A DNA stretch of 64,000 nucleotides, from positions 15,996,001 to 16,060,000 of the forward strand of contig OZ316776.1 of assembly GCA_973851085.1 (NCBI GenBank), in the 5' to 3' direction. Under the pieces are notes generated by a model. That model searched no databases. It was not told the DNA's origin and worked only from the letters and a program-made list of their open reading frames with translations. Shown piece after piece: positions 42,279 through 55,600 of this stretch. Source of the stretch: Ptychomitrium polyphyllum (Eukaryota). The stretch's first letter is position 1; each line of letters starts with the position of its first letter. The translations under genes and the position numbers were made by a program.

Positions 42279-43333
42279 TCTATTTCCACCTTGAAGCTTA
42301 AGGAAAATTCAGCTTCAGCAAAGTTTAAGAGGAAATATTGATAATTATTTAACCCTCTGCAGTTCTAGTCCTCACAAAAACAGCCACTGTAAATAAAACG
42401 CTTGCAACGCAACACAATTCTGCTAAATGGCACGGCTTGCAACCACTACAATGTCCAATTACTTATGGGAGGGTGACATTTAGGTTTCTCATCTCCCTTC
42501 ATTTCTCATTGTCATGGCATTTATCATACATCAGTGCAGTTGAGGGTGCTAATGACAGAACAAGTGCTCAAAAGTCAAGTACCGTATCCATTGTTTAACT
42601 TGAAGTGCAGTGGAATAAGTGCATTAGTACATGCACCAATATCCTGCTTACAAACATCATCTATTATCGTTTTTTAAATGAATGACTTACGTGATAGCCA
42701 AAGTTTTTACATATCAAGGGTGCACTTTTAAGAGCGCTGATCAAAAACTCTAATCTAAAATACGGAGAATTTTATTGTAGGGCTAGTTTGGTCATCTACT
42801 GATAATATTTGCATAATTATCGTATTAAAAGTTATGATTACTGGATTTCCAACTTTATTTTTTTTAAAAGAGGTGTCTGATAGAGTCAAGGTGGATGCGA
42901 CCTCACGCTTGAAACTAGAGATAGAAATATACAATCCTAGCTACTTGGAGAATGCTGCGAAAGCTTAGTGGTCTACGGCATGGCACCTCTGCTTTGAGTT
43001 ACAGGCTTCAAAAGGTGAATGGTAATCTCGAGGAGACGATCCTCTTTATTTTGTGTCGCAAGAATGTTTACTGTCAAGTTCACAAGAGCAGATTCAGGAG
43101 TACAACAGAATGAGAAGGACCACAGATGCTCTGAACGCTGCATGAAACCGCACGAACATGATGCTCCAATCTGGGATCATCTCTGTTACGATATGCAATA
43201 AATTTGCACCTCCTTCCAGTCACAGAGGGGAGGCTGCCCAAGATCGATTTTCACCTAAGCTGCCAGCCACTTATTCATTTTCCTACAATACTAACTGCTC
43301 TAAGTTAACCCCTGGACATGCAGGAGCACCATA

Positions 43334-44251
43334 TCACTTGCGACCTCCAGACATGCACACACCGATTTGCGTGAGATGCGTTTTGTTGTTAGCTCCAAAG
43401 AAGCCGACGATGTAGCCCTCGTTGGCGGGTGACAAGAACGAGTTCTTGCTCGGGTGATCGGTGTTACCCCACTGATACGTGTTCTGGTTGCTGTCGATAA
43501 ATTGAATTCTGTCAAGCCCGTATTGGTTGTAACTTCCGCCCAGCTGCACAAACGGCACGTTGTTGGGATCCTTCACCGACCATACGAACTGCATGTCATC
43601 GACAACACCCGCAACGTTTCCGATGATCAACATTGTGTGCAGCGGCATCGTCATACTCAAGGAGTTAGGGATCAACAGATAATTTTTCGTAAGTTTGAGA
43701 AAGTTTCGAAGATGCAATCTTTGGAGGAGAGTGAGTAATTACCCTGGCTTTCTGTTTGCCTGTGATGGTGCCGTGTGCAAATTTGGCGTACGAGGGGGTT
43801 TTCTGGTCCGCCGTGAGGAAGCTGACCCACTCTGTCTCGATGCTCTTGATGCCTAGGTTAGTGAAGCTAATTAGAAACGTCGACATGTTAGCGTGCTGCC
43901 CATCCTGCCATCCCGAGGAGCTTTTTGGGATTTGGCTTGGCCATGGCCCATACCTGATAGTGCAATCTTGAAATCTCACAGGAGGGCCTTCCACTCTCAG
44001 CATTCGAGATGGCGGTCGTGCGCCGGAGACGCCGATTGCTACGAAGCTGGCTCCCAGTAGCTGATTGGGCAACACAGCAAACCTTTGTTAGACTGAACTT
44101 CAACATTCTGCGTGACAATATTGATTCAGGGCTAATATGAATTGGCTTAACACAGAATTATTTTGCGAGTGCAATCAAATGCGTTCAACCTGACATATGA
44201 ATTTATTACTCGGATTGGCACAGAAATGAAGAATTCGACTCTCTCTATCAT
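43334..44251 (-). CDS. Jacalin-like (beta-prism I) lectin with probable signal peptide, about 204 aa
   Basis: Exons 44251-44210 (tentative), 44060-43743 and 43588-43334 join with phase-0 GT-AG introns. Jacalin pattern YGPW...WQDG...GIKSIETEW...HG...GGSY...IQF...TYQWG...GYIVGFFG...LTQIGV. Confidence 0.75.
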
Positions 44252-45936
44252 TCCAACCCTCTCAAGCTCTGAATCCACTCCATGCTCGCAACCTTACAAC
44301 ACTGGTGTCAAGATAGGATACAGTGTCAAACAAAACCAATGTTTACAATACTTCACCAGCATTGTCACGCTAATTCTCGTGAGACATACCCCAAGCACCA
44401 ACAGCTGAATCGTCATTCCCTTCGTCGCCATAGCTATAATTCACGGATACGACTCCAATGTTCAAAGATTAATGGACAAACTGAAGTCTGGATTGATGGT
44501 ATGCTCATGTGGCATAAAGCTCCTTATATTTACTGTTCACCAACAAGCTGTGGAAAGCTCGGAAGTTAGTTGACTTCCATCCATCATCTCACTGTTGAAA
44601 ATGTAGGGCTGTAACGGAAGTCAAATCTATCTGACAGCGATAATTACCAAGTCAGTACGGACGCACGTGACGATGTTCAAATTACGTATCTGAAATAGGT
44701 TTTCATCTTGATTGGGTAAAATTTGAAGTCTTTAGAACTACAATGTCAGCGACAGAATTAGAAGTAAGGAACCCGGCCTCGTTGGAAACAAGAGTCTGTA
44801 GTAACTTATATATGTGACATTGTTCAACAATACACTCTGAAAGGCCACAGACGATACTTGTTTGCAGCCAGATGACTCACTGAGCTGGCTTTCTAAACCC
44901 ATTTTTGTCAGTCTTATGAATTACAGTATTCGACAATGCCAGTTTACATGAGTCACGAACTTTGGGTCGACTAGGTGTACAGCCCAACTTACCCAAAGAA
45001 AAGCCGTCACTGCCTAGCAGAGGATAACCATTGCGCTGGAATGTGTTGGTGTGGTAGCATGTTGACTTTGGGAGCATGTTGACTTTGGCGAGTGAAAAAT
45101 CGACCAGTTCCACCAGCCACATCCTAAGTTCCCAGCACACACAGTCAACTCAAACCGACGGACAAAAAAAAATCTGCTACTTTCACCTCCTAGGCTGATA
45201 TACTAGAGAATCGGATGTGCCGAAACGCCTACTAAAACGCGAGATACAACAGCAAGCAGTGGAATGAGCACGATTATCAAATCTGAAAGTACATAATATT
45301 GTACTATACTGCGTTTGGCTTCAGGCAAATGGATGTGTTTCCAAAATAGGTGACACTTCACACTGCCCTGATCTGGTTTTTAAACTTCACTGATATAGCC
45401 CAAATTCCACAGTATTCAGGAACAAAATTTGAAGCACGCAAATCCTCTGAGAAGCTAAATATCTTCGAGGCAACGCAAAAATTAAGCTCATAATTTTCAC
45501 CTGGGCAAAAAAACTGCAATGTACCTAGTTGTGTAGTCAGTTTGGTGAATTTCGTGTAAAAAGGTTTCAGGATAGACCTAGAAGGGCACTAATGAAAAAG
45601 CTCGTAGCTGAGAGTGAGCTGGAGTCAGCTACCAACTCTTGGCAAAAGTTATCATCAGAGTGACTTGAAATAAAAATTAAAAAAAGATGGTCCCATACAA
45701 TGTCCAGTTCTACCACTTGAATAATTCAACTTCTGTATCACCACTTGATTCTTCAAGTACAACGCCACGGGAGTTCACTTGGTGCATGCTACGAATATGA
45801 CACACAATAGTCCTTAGTTCTGCCAAAAAGAGTACCATCTATCATGTGCTTTAGCAACATTAACTGGGCAAAACGATACTAATGTGGATATTGAAGCAAT
45901 TGCTCGACGATGAGTGGGAAGTGCTACTCCCTAATA

Positions 45937-48900
45937 TCAGGTTCTCCACCTCTTGCCGTCTGCGTCTCCTATAGAATTTCTACGCGCTGGGGATTCAGCT
46001 CCCTTCTCCACGCTTCGGGTTGGCTTCTCCTTTGAAACCACTGCCTTTGGGCTTGGACTCCCTCGGTTCTGCATAAGGATCCATAACATGGAAATCACCT
46101 CAGCATGATCCCATACTTTGAGCAAGTTTACCACTCAATATTCTCCGAATTTTGATTTTTGGGTTGTGCACTAGATATTATGAGTTGGATATAGGCGAGG
46201 CACATACCTGGAAGGCGTTGGTCTTTCTGGTGCCAAAGGCGGTCTTGGGGGAATCGGTTCCCTTACTTGTCACCAATGGAGTACCACCAATGGAGTACCG
46301 TTTCGGTGTCCTGGCAGGTGATTCAGGAGCGTCAGGAGCCCTCGTTTTGGGATTGCTGGACGACCGAAACTTGGCCATCGCTGATTCTGTTGGTTCCATG
46401 TAACGACATGCCGGTCGCTTGCTTGGGATGTTGGGGCTCTCTCCGTTTTCCCCGTTAACAACCTTTTCTCCCTTTTGTGACTTGCTGCTGTCACCGTTTT
46501 CTTGATGACCGTTGCTGGTATGCTCATTGACGACATTATCTGTGCCCATTGACGACACAAATACAACCACAGTTGTAGATAAAAATGTGGCTGAACTAGA
46601 AAGAGCTTACACTCTGCTAAGAACACAATATCAAGTCTCTTTTCATAGTCATCCTAGATCTCGTGACCTAGACAAAAGGATCCAAAGGTACCTGATGCTG
46701 ATGCTGAGCCCTTGACACTTGGTGTGTCTTCTCCATGTTGATGCTCACCGTTTGAAGCCGAAAAACTGGAACTATGAGTTTCTTCATTCTTAAATGCTGC
46801 ATTTGTCTCTCCTCCATTTGTGCTGTGCGCTGAACCTGGCAGGGCTAGATGTTCCATAGTCATAGACAGATCATCCCCAGCTGAATCTAGTTCTGGTGGA
46901 GTTTCTGGCACAGGAAGTGATGCATCTGAAGCTTGTGGTGAGGGTAGAACAGGGATTGAAGTTTCGGAGACAGCAGGGGATGGGGGTGCCGACTTCTCCC
47001 AAACCTGTGACTTGGGGTCCTCTGGAGTTCTTGGATCCACCTGGCTGGGTCTTTCTTCTTCTGCATTTGGATGCGTCGGCACTTCAATGAGAGGTGGTTT
47101 GGTAACTTCACTGTGGCTGTGTGCAGTCGAACTTGCTGATGGAGAAGCAGGTATTGTCACAGGAGAAGCATGTTGCCAGTCAGGTTCAATATAATCAACA
47201 TCTCTCTTCTCACAGAAACCTGGACTCAATGGAGATCCGATACTCAGCTCTTTCTTCTCGGACAAGGAGCTTGTTGATGACCTTGCAGGGTCTTTCTTCT
47301 GGGACCTGGGACTTGACGAGGATCTGAAAGAAGGCTCTTTTTTCTCGGAGAGTAGGCTTGACGAATATCTAACACTGATAGGTTCTTTCTTCTCGGAAAG
47401 AGGGCTTGCCGAAGATCTCACACTGACAGGTTCTTTCTTCTCGGAGACGGGGCTTGCCGAAGATCTCACACTGACAGGTTCTTTCTTCTCGTATACGGGG
47501 CTTACCGAAGATCTCACACCGACAGGTTCTTTCTTCTCGGAGACGGGGCTTGCCGAAGATCTCACACTGACAAATTCTTTCTTCTCGGAGACGGGGCTTG
47601 CCGAAGATCGCACACTGACAGGTTCTTTCTTCTCGTAGACCGGGCTTACCGAAGATCTCACACTGACAGGTTCTTTCTTCTCGGAGACGGGGCTTGCCGA
47701 AGATCTCACACCGACAGGTTCTTTCTTCTCGAAGACGGGGCTTGCCGAAGATCTCACACCAACAGTTTCTTTCTTCTCGGAAACGGTGTGGCTTGAAGCC
47801 TTCGAAGGTACTTTCTTCTCAGACATTGGACTAGAAGATATAATAGGCTCTTTCTGCTCGGACGATGGATTAGAATATCTGGAAATGGCTGCAGTCGGGT
47901 TCGACACATAGTCTTCATAGTATTTCACTTTCAGAGTGTTGACGTCGACCTCCTTTGTGGTGCATTCAGAGCTGTTCTTCCTTGAGCCTGGGATTATTTC
48001 GATGTAGTCTTTTGAGTCTTTCGAAGGATCCTTCGTGCTCTTTAAGCCCTTTGGTTCTTCCAGAGTGCGAATCTCCCAAGGCCTGGCGTTCATCCATAGC
48101 TCAAGCCATGCCCAACCCCAGTGAGGTTGACCGGGGTAACAATCAATGAACAAGGAACTTCGATTTGGGGCACTTCTCTTCAACTGCGACAAAGTTCCAA
48201 AATAATGTCAGACACAAATCACCAAATATCAAATCGGCTCGATCGAGCTAGTGGACAACAGGAAATAAAAAACCAACTTACAGATAACAGCACGAGGATG
48301 GACGTGGCAATAACACGAGTAGGCGAGCATCATCATGCGCCACAGTTCACCTCTAAATCGCTATCAAATTGTCTCACAAAAATGTTATTAACATGGAGAT
48401 GTACCTGCTGAGTCAAGAGAAATGCCGTCGGTCTTTTGCGTTTGTTCCCCTCCTCATCTCGAGTTTCTTCAGGCTCTTTCTCCTGAAATGTTGGACATCT
48501 ACTAACGTCCTGAACCGAGAACATTAGCAGAGCCGTTAGGATACGTATGTGGTAGAACTTTCATTTCAAACAGCAATTGTACGGCTTCGAGGCTAGAGAA
48601 CTTCAATTTCGAGTGAAGATCATTGGCAGGGTACAAAGCATGCTCAGGCAGCGCAAGAGAAGTGGAACAAACCCCATATTGTGCGCCAGCTCGAGAACTA
48701 AGCCGCCGCCTTTTCGATATTCTGCTTCGAACAGCCCTGCCATCCTTGGACATCCTAACACGGCGTCCCCGAAAGACAGCTTGTACACGAACAATGGCTT
48801 CCATCGTTCGTAATGTTGTGGCGGCTTGTCTGCGTACTTGATGTCCACGAACCAATGCTTGAATTCTGATCAATCCATTCAAAGCCTGCCAAATTCAACA

Positions 48901-49681
48901 ACTAAAACGTAAGTGGATAACATTCATTGACTTCTCGAACGACCACGGTTTTGCTGCGCATTGAAGTAGTCGGAAGATTAACACAAGTGACATGGTTCCG
49001 AGTAGCATGCGTACTGTTGAAAGCATTACAACATACCAAGGGCTCATTGAAGCGTTGCTGAATCCTGGCGGTAGCTTCTTCTTCTTCGCTCAAAACACTA
49101 TCATCGTCGTCATCCTGATGCTTTTCCACCACTTGGGCATCAACAGTATTGCTTGTGTTCTCCTCTTCATCAATCACATTCTCCAATTCCTTAGACTCAG
49201 GGAGATTTGCAGACACGGCAGGTGCTACTGCCTCTGGCGTGGGCAAGGGTTGCGCACGACTATTCTCGGGCTCCACCTCCTCATGAGTGATAATTTCGTA
49301 CGACGGAAGTGGATGAGGCGTTGGCGCTTGGTAAGGCACTGGTGAGAGATCATGCTTGGCGAGGAGTTTCTCGTCAGCATCACTCCTCTGCAGAAGAATG
49401 ACAACTTATATTCAGCTAATGGTCATGCCAACACCCAGAACGTCCAGGAAAGTTTCCACTAATCATTTTGGGCTAAGAGCCCCCGGCCAGTTCTTGATAC
49501 ATGAGGTTGAGAAGAGTACGTTGTTTGAGAGGTTGTGAAGAGCACTAAGTCGGACACAAGTGCACCTTTGAAAGCATACCGTTTCCTGATGATCTGGAGA
49601 CGGAGGCCTCTCTTTGGATGGTGAACGGAAAGCCTTCTTCACAGCTTTGAACCACTTCGTGGGCTTGTTTGATTTTCCCAT
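45937..49681 (-). CDS. IQD: IQ67-domain (IQD) calmodulin/microtubule-associated protein with DUF4005, about 908 aa
   Basis: Exons 49681-49580, 49387-49037, 48885-48673, 48509-48405, 48183-46692, 46539-46208 and 46068-45937 join in frame. Motifs MGK...KWFKAVKKAF, GLIRIQALVRGHQVRRQA...RVQAVFRGRRVR, WGWAWLELWMNARPWE, YMEPTESAMAKFRSSSNPK. Confidence 0.93.
47240..47860 (-). repeat. 48-bp coding minisatellite (SASPVSEKKEPVSVRS)n in IQD exon 5
   Basis: About 8-9 near-perfect units at about 47345-47780 with degenerate units on both sides. Confidence 0.95.
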
Positions 49682-52600
49682 TGCGCTGTATTTTCTGCTT
49701 CAATTGTCAGCCACTGACACAAACCTGCACAAAGTAAACAGCAAACTTTTCTAGCTCAAAAGGAACTAACAAAGTTTCTGCAGCTAGAAACTCTAGAAAT
49801 TACATTGCGCGCTTTGATGCCTTGTTAGTTCGTTAAATGTTAGTAAATCAATCATTCAAAGCAGGAAAATGATTCTCAATTCAGAATAAGATCAAGTCCA
49901 CCTGTAATAAGAGCATGATGTAAATGAATCATGTTTCAGCGATTTGTAGACTGAGTATTCTGGATTGAGGATTCTTGTTTAGAAGGATTGGAAGGCAGAT
50001 AAAAAGGATGACAAATGGGACGAAAAAACAGATCAGAAGATACCGGTACCAATGAAATGACATCTACAGATTTATTAGAGCTTACATTACTTTCGAAGCA
50101 AGTCTTGCAGCCTGGTCTTGTCATTCGTACGTTTTGACTCCCTCATCAGTTGAATGTTCCACTATATCAAACACAGTGAGTTCTACAGTTAGTTGCTGGA
50201 ATTGCTTCTAGGTCTCAAGTTCGTATGAAGTTCCAGGGAGTGGGGTACAACAGACCAAAAAAAGCTAATCTGGGGTGTGTTGAGAAAGGATCAACAAGAC
50301 ATATTGACTGTTTCGATGAGTAATGTAACCCAGATCACGAAGTAGAGTCCTAGAAAGAAGAAGAGAGTACAAGAACTTCTGTACGAAGCTCACTAATAAG
50401 AACACGTATCATACTATTACCACCGATTTCAGGAGTCTAGAATCTATACTTTCATCAATAGAGAGACGATTGGAATGAGAAGCGAGGCATAAAGAAAATG
50501 GCTCAGACGTTGAAATTTGTGAGATAGAAATTACAAAGGTGCCATAGCTTGGGAAATAAATAAGAGTAAGTCCCCTCACGAGAAGGTCCATTAGAGCAAT
50601 TAAACGTTTCTCTCCACATTCCTCAGAAGAATCTCTATAAACTAGGCTCATCTGACTTCAACAAGACTCAAATAGGAAACATCGCCACAGCGTGACATCC
50701 AATGTTTTTAAAAGGCAGCCGGCAGTCTTAAAAAACACACCGTAGATATCTTCAACTATAATGACGCTTCAATTCATGTTCCAACTATGAACTTGCAGAC
50801 GGACATGCAAAGGGGCTGCAGATCGAGGTATCGACCTTCAGACAGCCACAAAATAGTGAATGTAAGCTCGAAAGCTCTAGACAGGAGCGGTAACACAGGA
50901 GTTTTGTTCGTCCTAATGCAGGCTCCACCAGGCCTACCAGTATTGTTAGACGTACGCTGTACAAGATGAAAACCTCGGCTTATAACCTAGAGTATCTTCA
51001 GGACCATGTTTACTCTAGACTTTCAGAAGAGAAATATCCTGTTTAATTAGTAACTGTCCATACGGGCCCTAGAGCATTCTGAAGTAGTCGTAGCCGATAC
51101 CGTCCACGCCTTTGAATTACTCCAAGAAGGTGGAAGTTTTTAAAATATGAAGATTGATATTGTACGTAGTAGGTTATAAAGCTGCAGCTTGGACTTTATC
51201 AACAAGTGGCTAGTCCACAAGCTAACTCTTGAGAACAGGGTTCATGGCAAAGCCTCAAAGTCTTACTTTCAAATCAACTTGCTACACTGACAGACTCTAT
51301 CGTTGGAATGCACCCACATTGTGTTTCTCTTCAAAAAGTACTTCAGAACTCATTTCGTTATGGTCACCCTTACATAGCCAGTGACAGAGTTAACCGAGAA
51401 TACACGAAATCGACCTGCCAAAGTGCAGTACTAAAAATGTTCAACGTTCTCCACATATGTAGTCTTCTATATATCAGGGCGAGGAAGATCTTATACCTTC
51501 TTCCTGCTCCAAGATCCCCAATGAAGCTGCTATGGCAGCTCTTAACCTAGCACATCTGCAACAAAACGAGACCTTAGGTAGAGCGTCACTCTTGTTGGCG
51601 GAGTGTATCACACGATAAGGGTAATGCTAGCCAACTCCTCTGCTCTAAATAACATGCTTCGTAAGAACTGACTCGTCTATTCAACTCAACGATTACCGAT
51701 CCAATAGGAGCCTTTGTGCTTATACCGTCTGTGTACTTTCGATAGTTTAAGCTAGCTGTTGGCGGTACTTTTCTCCTCGAAACCGAAGGCCCTGAACGTC
51801 AAAGTTGCCAGAACATAGAAGCACAGCACTAGCACTTTAACAGATAGAACTGAAGCAAACTTCAGTGAGTCACATGTCAAACCTACAAAACCTCACCCTG
51901 GAGGTCACAAAGGAACTATAGAGCAACGTCACGTAGTAGCTCAAGCACTCTCCATGACGAAACTATGATATCCATGCCTGAACACGAACCCAGACAAGAA
52001 CATACCAAACAGCCCTAGCGAGCTTCAACTCAGGCACGTTACAAGGCAGAGGCCAGCACAAACAAACACTGAAAAGTAGTGAAACCGAAAAAACCCAGTT
52101 AGACAAATGCCTCAAAACTCTTCTTCTTTCAGAATCTAACCTAGTAGAACGTCACGACGTACAAGTTTGCTAAACCAGCTCGCCGTCCTCGAAAAGGCTC
52201 CTCCCACCAGCTCGCACTTGTTCCAACACACACTCCCCAACCTGACTCCTATCATACGTCAAATAGCAACTCCCAAGGTGCAAGATTAAGCTCCATCTTC
52301 ACCGAACGAAGACGTCCACCTCCAAGTCTAGCTCATTCAAGGCCTCACCCGCTCCACGTTCTCGAGCCTGGCAAGCGAGATATGACTGCCATGGACCTGT
52401 GTGCACAGATGCACAGCAGTAATCGCCGACTCCCAGCGACTCTGCACCGTGTTCGTACGAATATCTGTTTCATGCTCCCCACTCACAGAACTCCAAGTTA
52501 TAAGCCAAATTCACACCATCAAAGCCTCATCCCTATGCAGCTTCAATTGGCTCTCTCTCACGGTAATCGCTCTTCCTCTCAATCGACATCATCTTCCAGC

Positions 52601-55600
52601 TGCTTCGATCGACCTTCACTTCGATATGATCAATCTTGTTTTTTTCTTACTCTAGCGGAAACTCACTGATAATACTACTGTTAGCTCATGTTACAGCCAC
52701 GGCAGCAAGTAAGCTATACTCCTTTCATATACTGTATCGCATCATCAATACGGTACCAATTCCTTTATAAATCGGTTATTGCTTGGTAAACTACTACTTC
52801 ATCATCGAAACTAACGTGTTTATCACCTCCTCGGTTTTTACGTGACTCGAATCCTGATTCAGTCTTCAGAGTAATAATAAATTTTTCCTGTAATATGATA
52901 AATTCGTCCATTTACTGAAAGATCAACAACCAAAAAAGAGTAATAATCAATACAATCGAAAAACAATCAAAAAGTAATGATATTAATCTTCATCAGCTCT
53001 TGCATTTTAATTTGGTGCAAATGGAAAGGATTTCATATACACTGCAAATTGGGTGCACCGTATGATCCTAGCCCAGGAGAACTTACTCTGTGGGATTACG
53101 TTGAACACTCCATCTTTATTGGACCACTTCCAGGTTCTTTCCACGTTCACGTGGCACATGTGTTGTGCCCTCCACACACAGCAAAAATGCCTCCAAAGAA
53201 ATGGATTTTGCATTTCACCTACCAAGCCTGTTCCATTCATTGACTGGATCATGAATACGTAGCTATAATACTGTTTCCGGTTTTGATTGTATGATATACG
53301 TAAACCGTGATGATAGTTTTACCGCAGCAGTACAAGAGCTTGAACTCGGAATCAATCATCAACGTTGCCCTGCATTGGGATTAGTGGGATACGTGCCGAA
53401 TGGCTGTGCTGGACGGTAAACACCACGTCGAAGTATGTAATGAAGTAAATGAATTGAGTTGGAATTGAATGAATCCGGGTCTACGTACCTACAGTACTAG
53501 AGCCTCTGTTAGATCATCATTGTGCCTGCTCCAGCTCATGATCATGCAGCAGGCGGGTGCAGCAGATGCTGTTGAAGATGATAACTTACCCGCCGTAACA
53601 ATGCCCTTGTGGCTTCCTCCGTGGTCCAACGGTAAAGACGACGGTCATGGCTTACAAACTTCCATGTAGGATTGATTTTCAAATCTCACATTTAATAACG
53701 GAGCACCTCCTAGTAGAAGCCAGTGAGAGATCAATAGTGGTCAGTGCATACAGTATGTGACCGTATTTGTCACCTGCTAGCAATGAAATCACTTTCAGTT
53801 CCTATTTATAAATCAACAAGTTAAAATCAACTTACAGTCCATGAGTTTAAGGGACGATAATTCGGATGCTGGGCCCTTGGTTTTCTTTGAGGACCCAGGT
53901 GGCAATGACTCCAACAAACCTGGAGGGAGAGACTGTTTCCATTTTGCATGCTGGGAGTGAGTCTTCTAGGATTTTTAATGTGGACTGGGTCTTTGTATAA
54001 ATTATGGCTGTTCAACTTTGCAATGAACAATTCCACAAATCTGGTGAAAAGCTATTTGTTTTGAGATTGATTGCAGCCCATGAAAGGTATGTGTGAAATG
54101 ATACCTTCAGTGTTGGATGATCCAATTCAAGATTGGATCCATAATTGGTAAGTTATAGGCTCAACGCATTTTTGAATATGCACACTGTTTTGTGCTCATG
54201 GCAGTTTGTAACAATTACTTTGAGGTACCTGCACTGTGCAAGTTACAGTGGGGCACAATTTTTGTCATGAAGGCAGTAAAAGTACATTGTCCCGGTGAAT
54301 TATCACAGGTGTGCATTGTGTGCTATTTTCTCCTTGGCTTACCCTCACAATAATGATAACATCAAGCTCACTCACTTTGCATCATACAGGTACAAGAACA
54401 GTTTTTCCAACTGGGATTGGGCCCCTTGGAATCAGTGTGCTCATGGAAAAGCATATTTTAATCTTTGAATACTGATACATGGAGAAGAACATTCACAGTC
54501 TTCACAAATGTGAAAGTAAAGAACCCCTTCCAACACTTTTGCAATTGTTGACATGAAACATGGTCCAAAATGCATGCAATTAGCAAATATCTCCAATACA
54601 GTTGCAGAGATGAACTTTTACTATTTCTTTGTACTCCTACCATTCTATATTGTAATATGTCAAATGCATCATGATGCTTAACTCTCATAATTATTTTCAT
54701 TATAATTTTTCCTATTCTCCTGATATTATATTTTGGAATTCCACTAGAATCAAACTTCGAAAGTGCACATAATTCCACTCCATTTAAACCGATGTGTTAG
54801 CTTCGCCATGATAATTGAATATGTTAATTTTTTTCATTTTCAAATTGATGACAAGATGTATACTCTTATTCTGAAGGCTTGTTATGTTTAAAAAGCTCTA
54901 AATTCTGCGCTTGTAAAATCTATGCTTAAAGTTTCAGAGCCATTACTCTGAATATAAAATTTTATATTTATATTTATATTTATATATTTATAAGTACATA
55001 ATACATTAAAACGAACTATGTATTATTATTATTGTTTTAATATTTTACTAACTCAAAATTCCATTATTAGAATGAATGCAAGATAAAATAAATACAAGTC
55101 CTGTAATTCTAACTTGGAATTCGAAGGTTTGAATATTTAGGAGATTAGATGTAGATTGAGTATTAATTATTAAAAATAGAGAAGGCTGCAAATGGACTAA
55201 GTTGCTTTAAAAGGTAATTGCAATGCTCTTCATAAGTTAATAGGATTAACATTAAGAGATTGATATAATTCAAGTACTGTTTTCATCATATAAACTTTTA
55301 TCTAAGATTGATTACAAAACCAAAAAATTCCATTATTCCATGTCCATTGTTATCATTTTGTAGTTAAAATGTATAAATATAAGACTTAATTATCCAACAA
55401 GTATAAAAGCTTTTGAACACTACTGCCAAATTTAACTTTTCAAGACTCCTTCCAAAATAAAGATTTAAACAAGAGTTCAAGGAATTTTTTTAGAATTTGA
55501 AGCTCAAACTATGCAGTCATGCGTTCAGACATTTGTTTTAAAACAACAAAAAGAAATGAATTCTATTCACACGAAGAACAGTTGATCTTAACTATCTGTG

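Noticed and set aside
43665..43717. Apparent frameshift between two lectin ORFs
   Set aside because: Explained by a canonical phase-0 GT-AG intron.
49725..52600. Possible 5' UTR exons and long intron of IQD
   Set aside because: Splice-like signals exist near 49725 and 52140 but cannot be fixed without transcripts.
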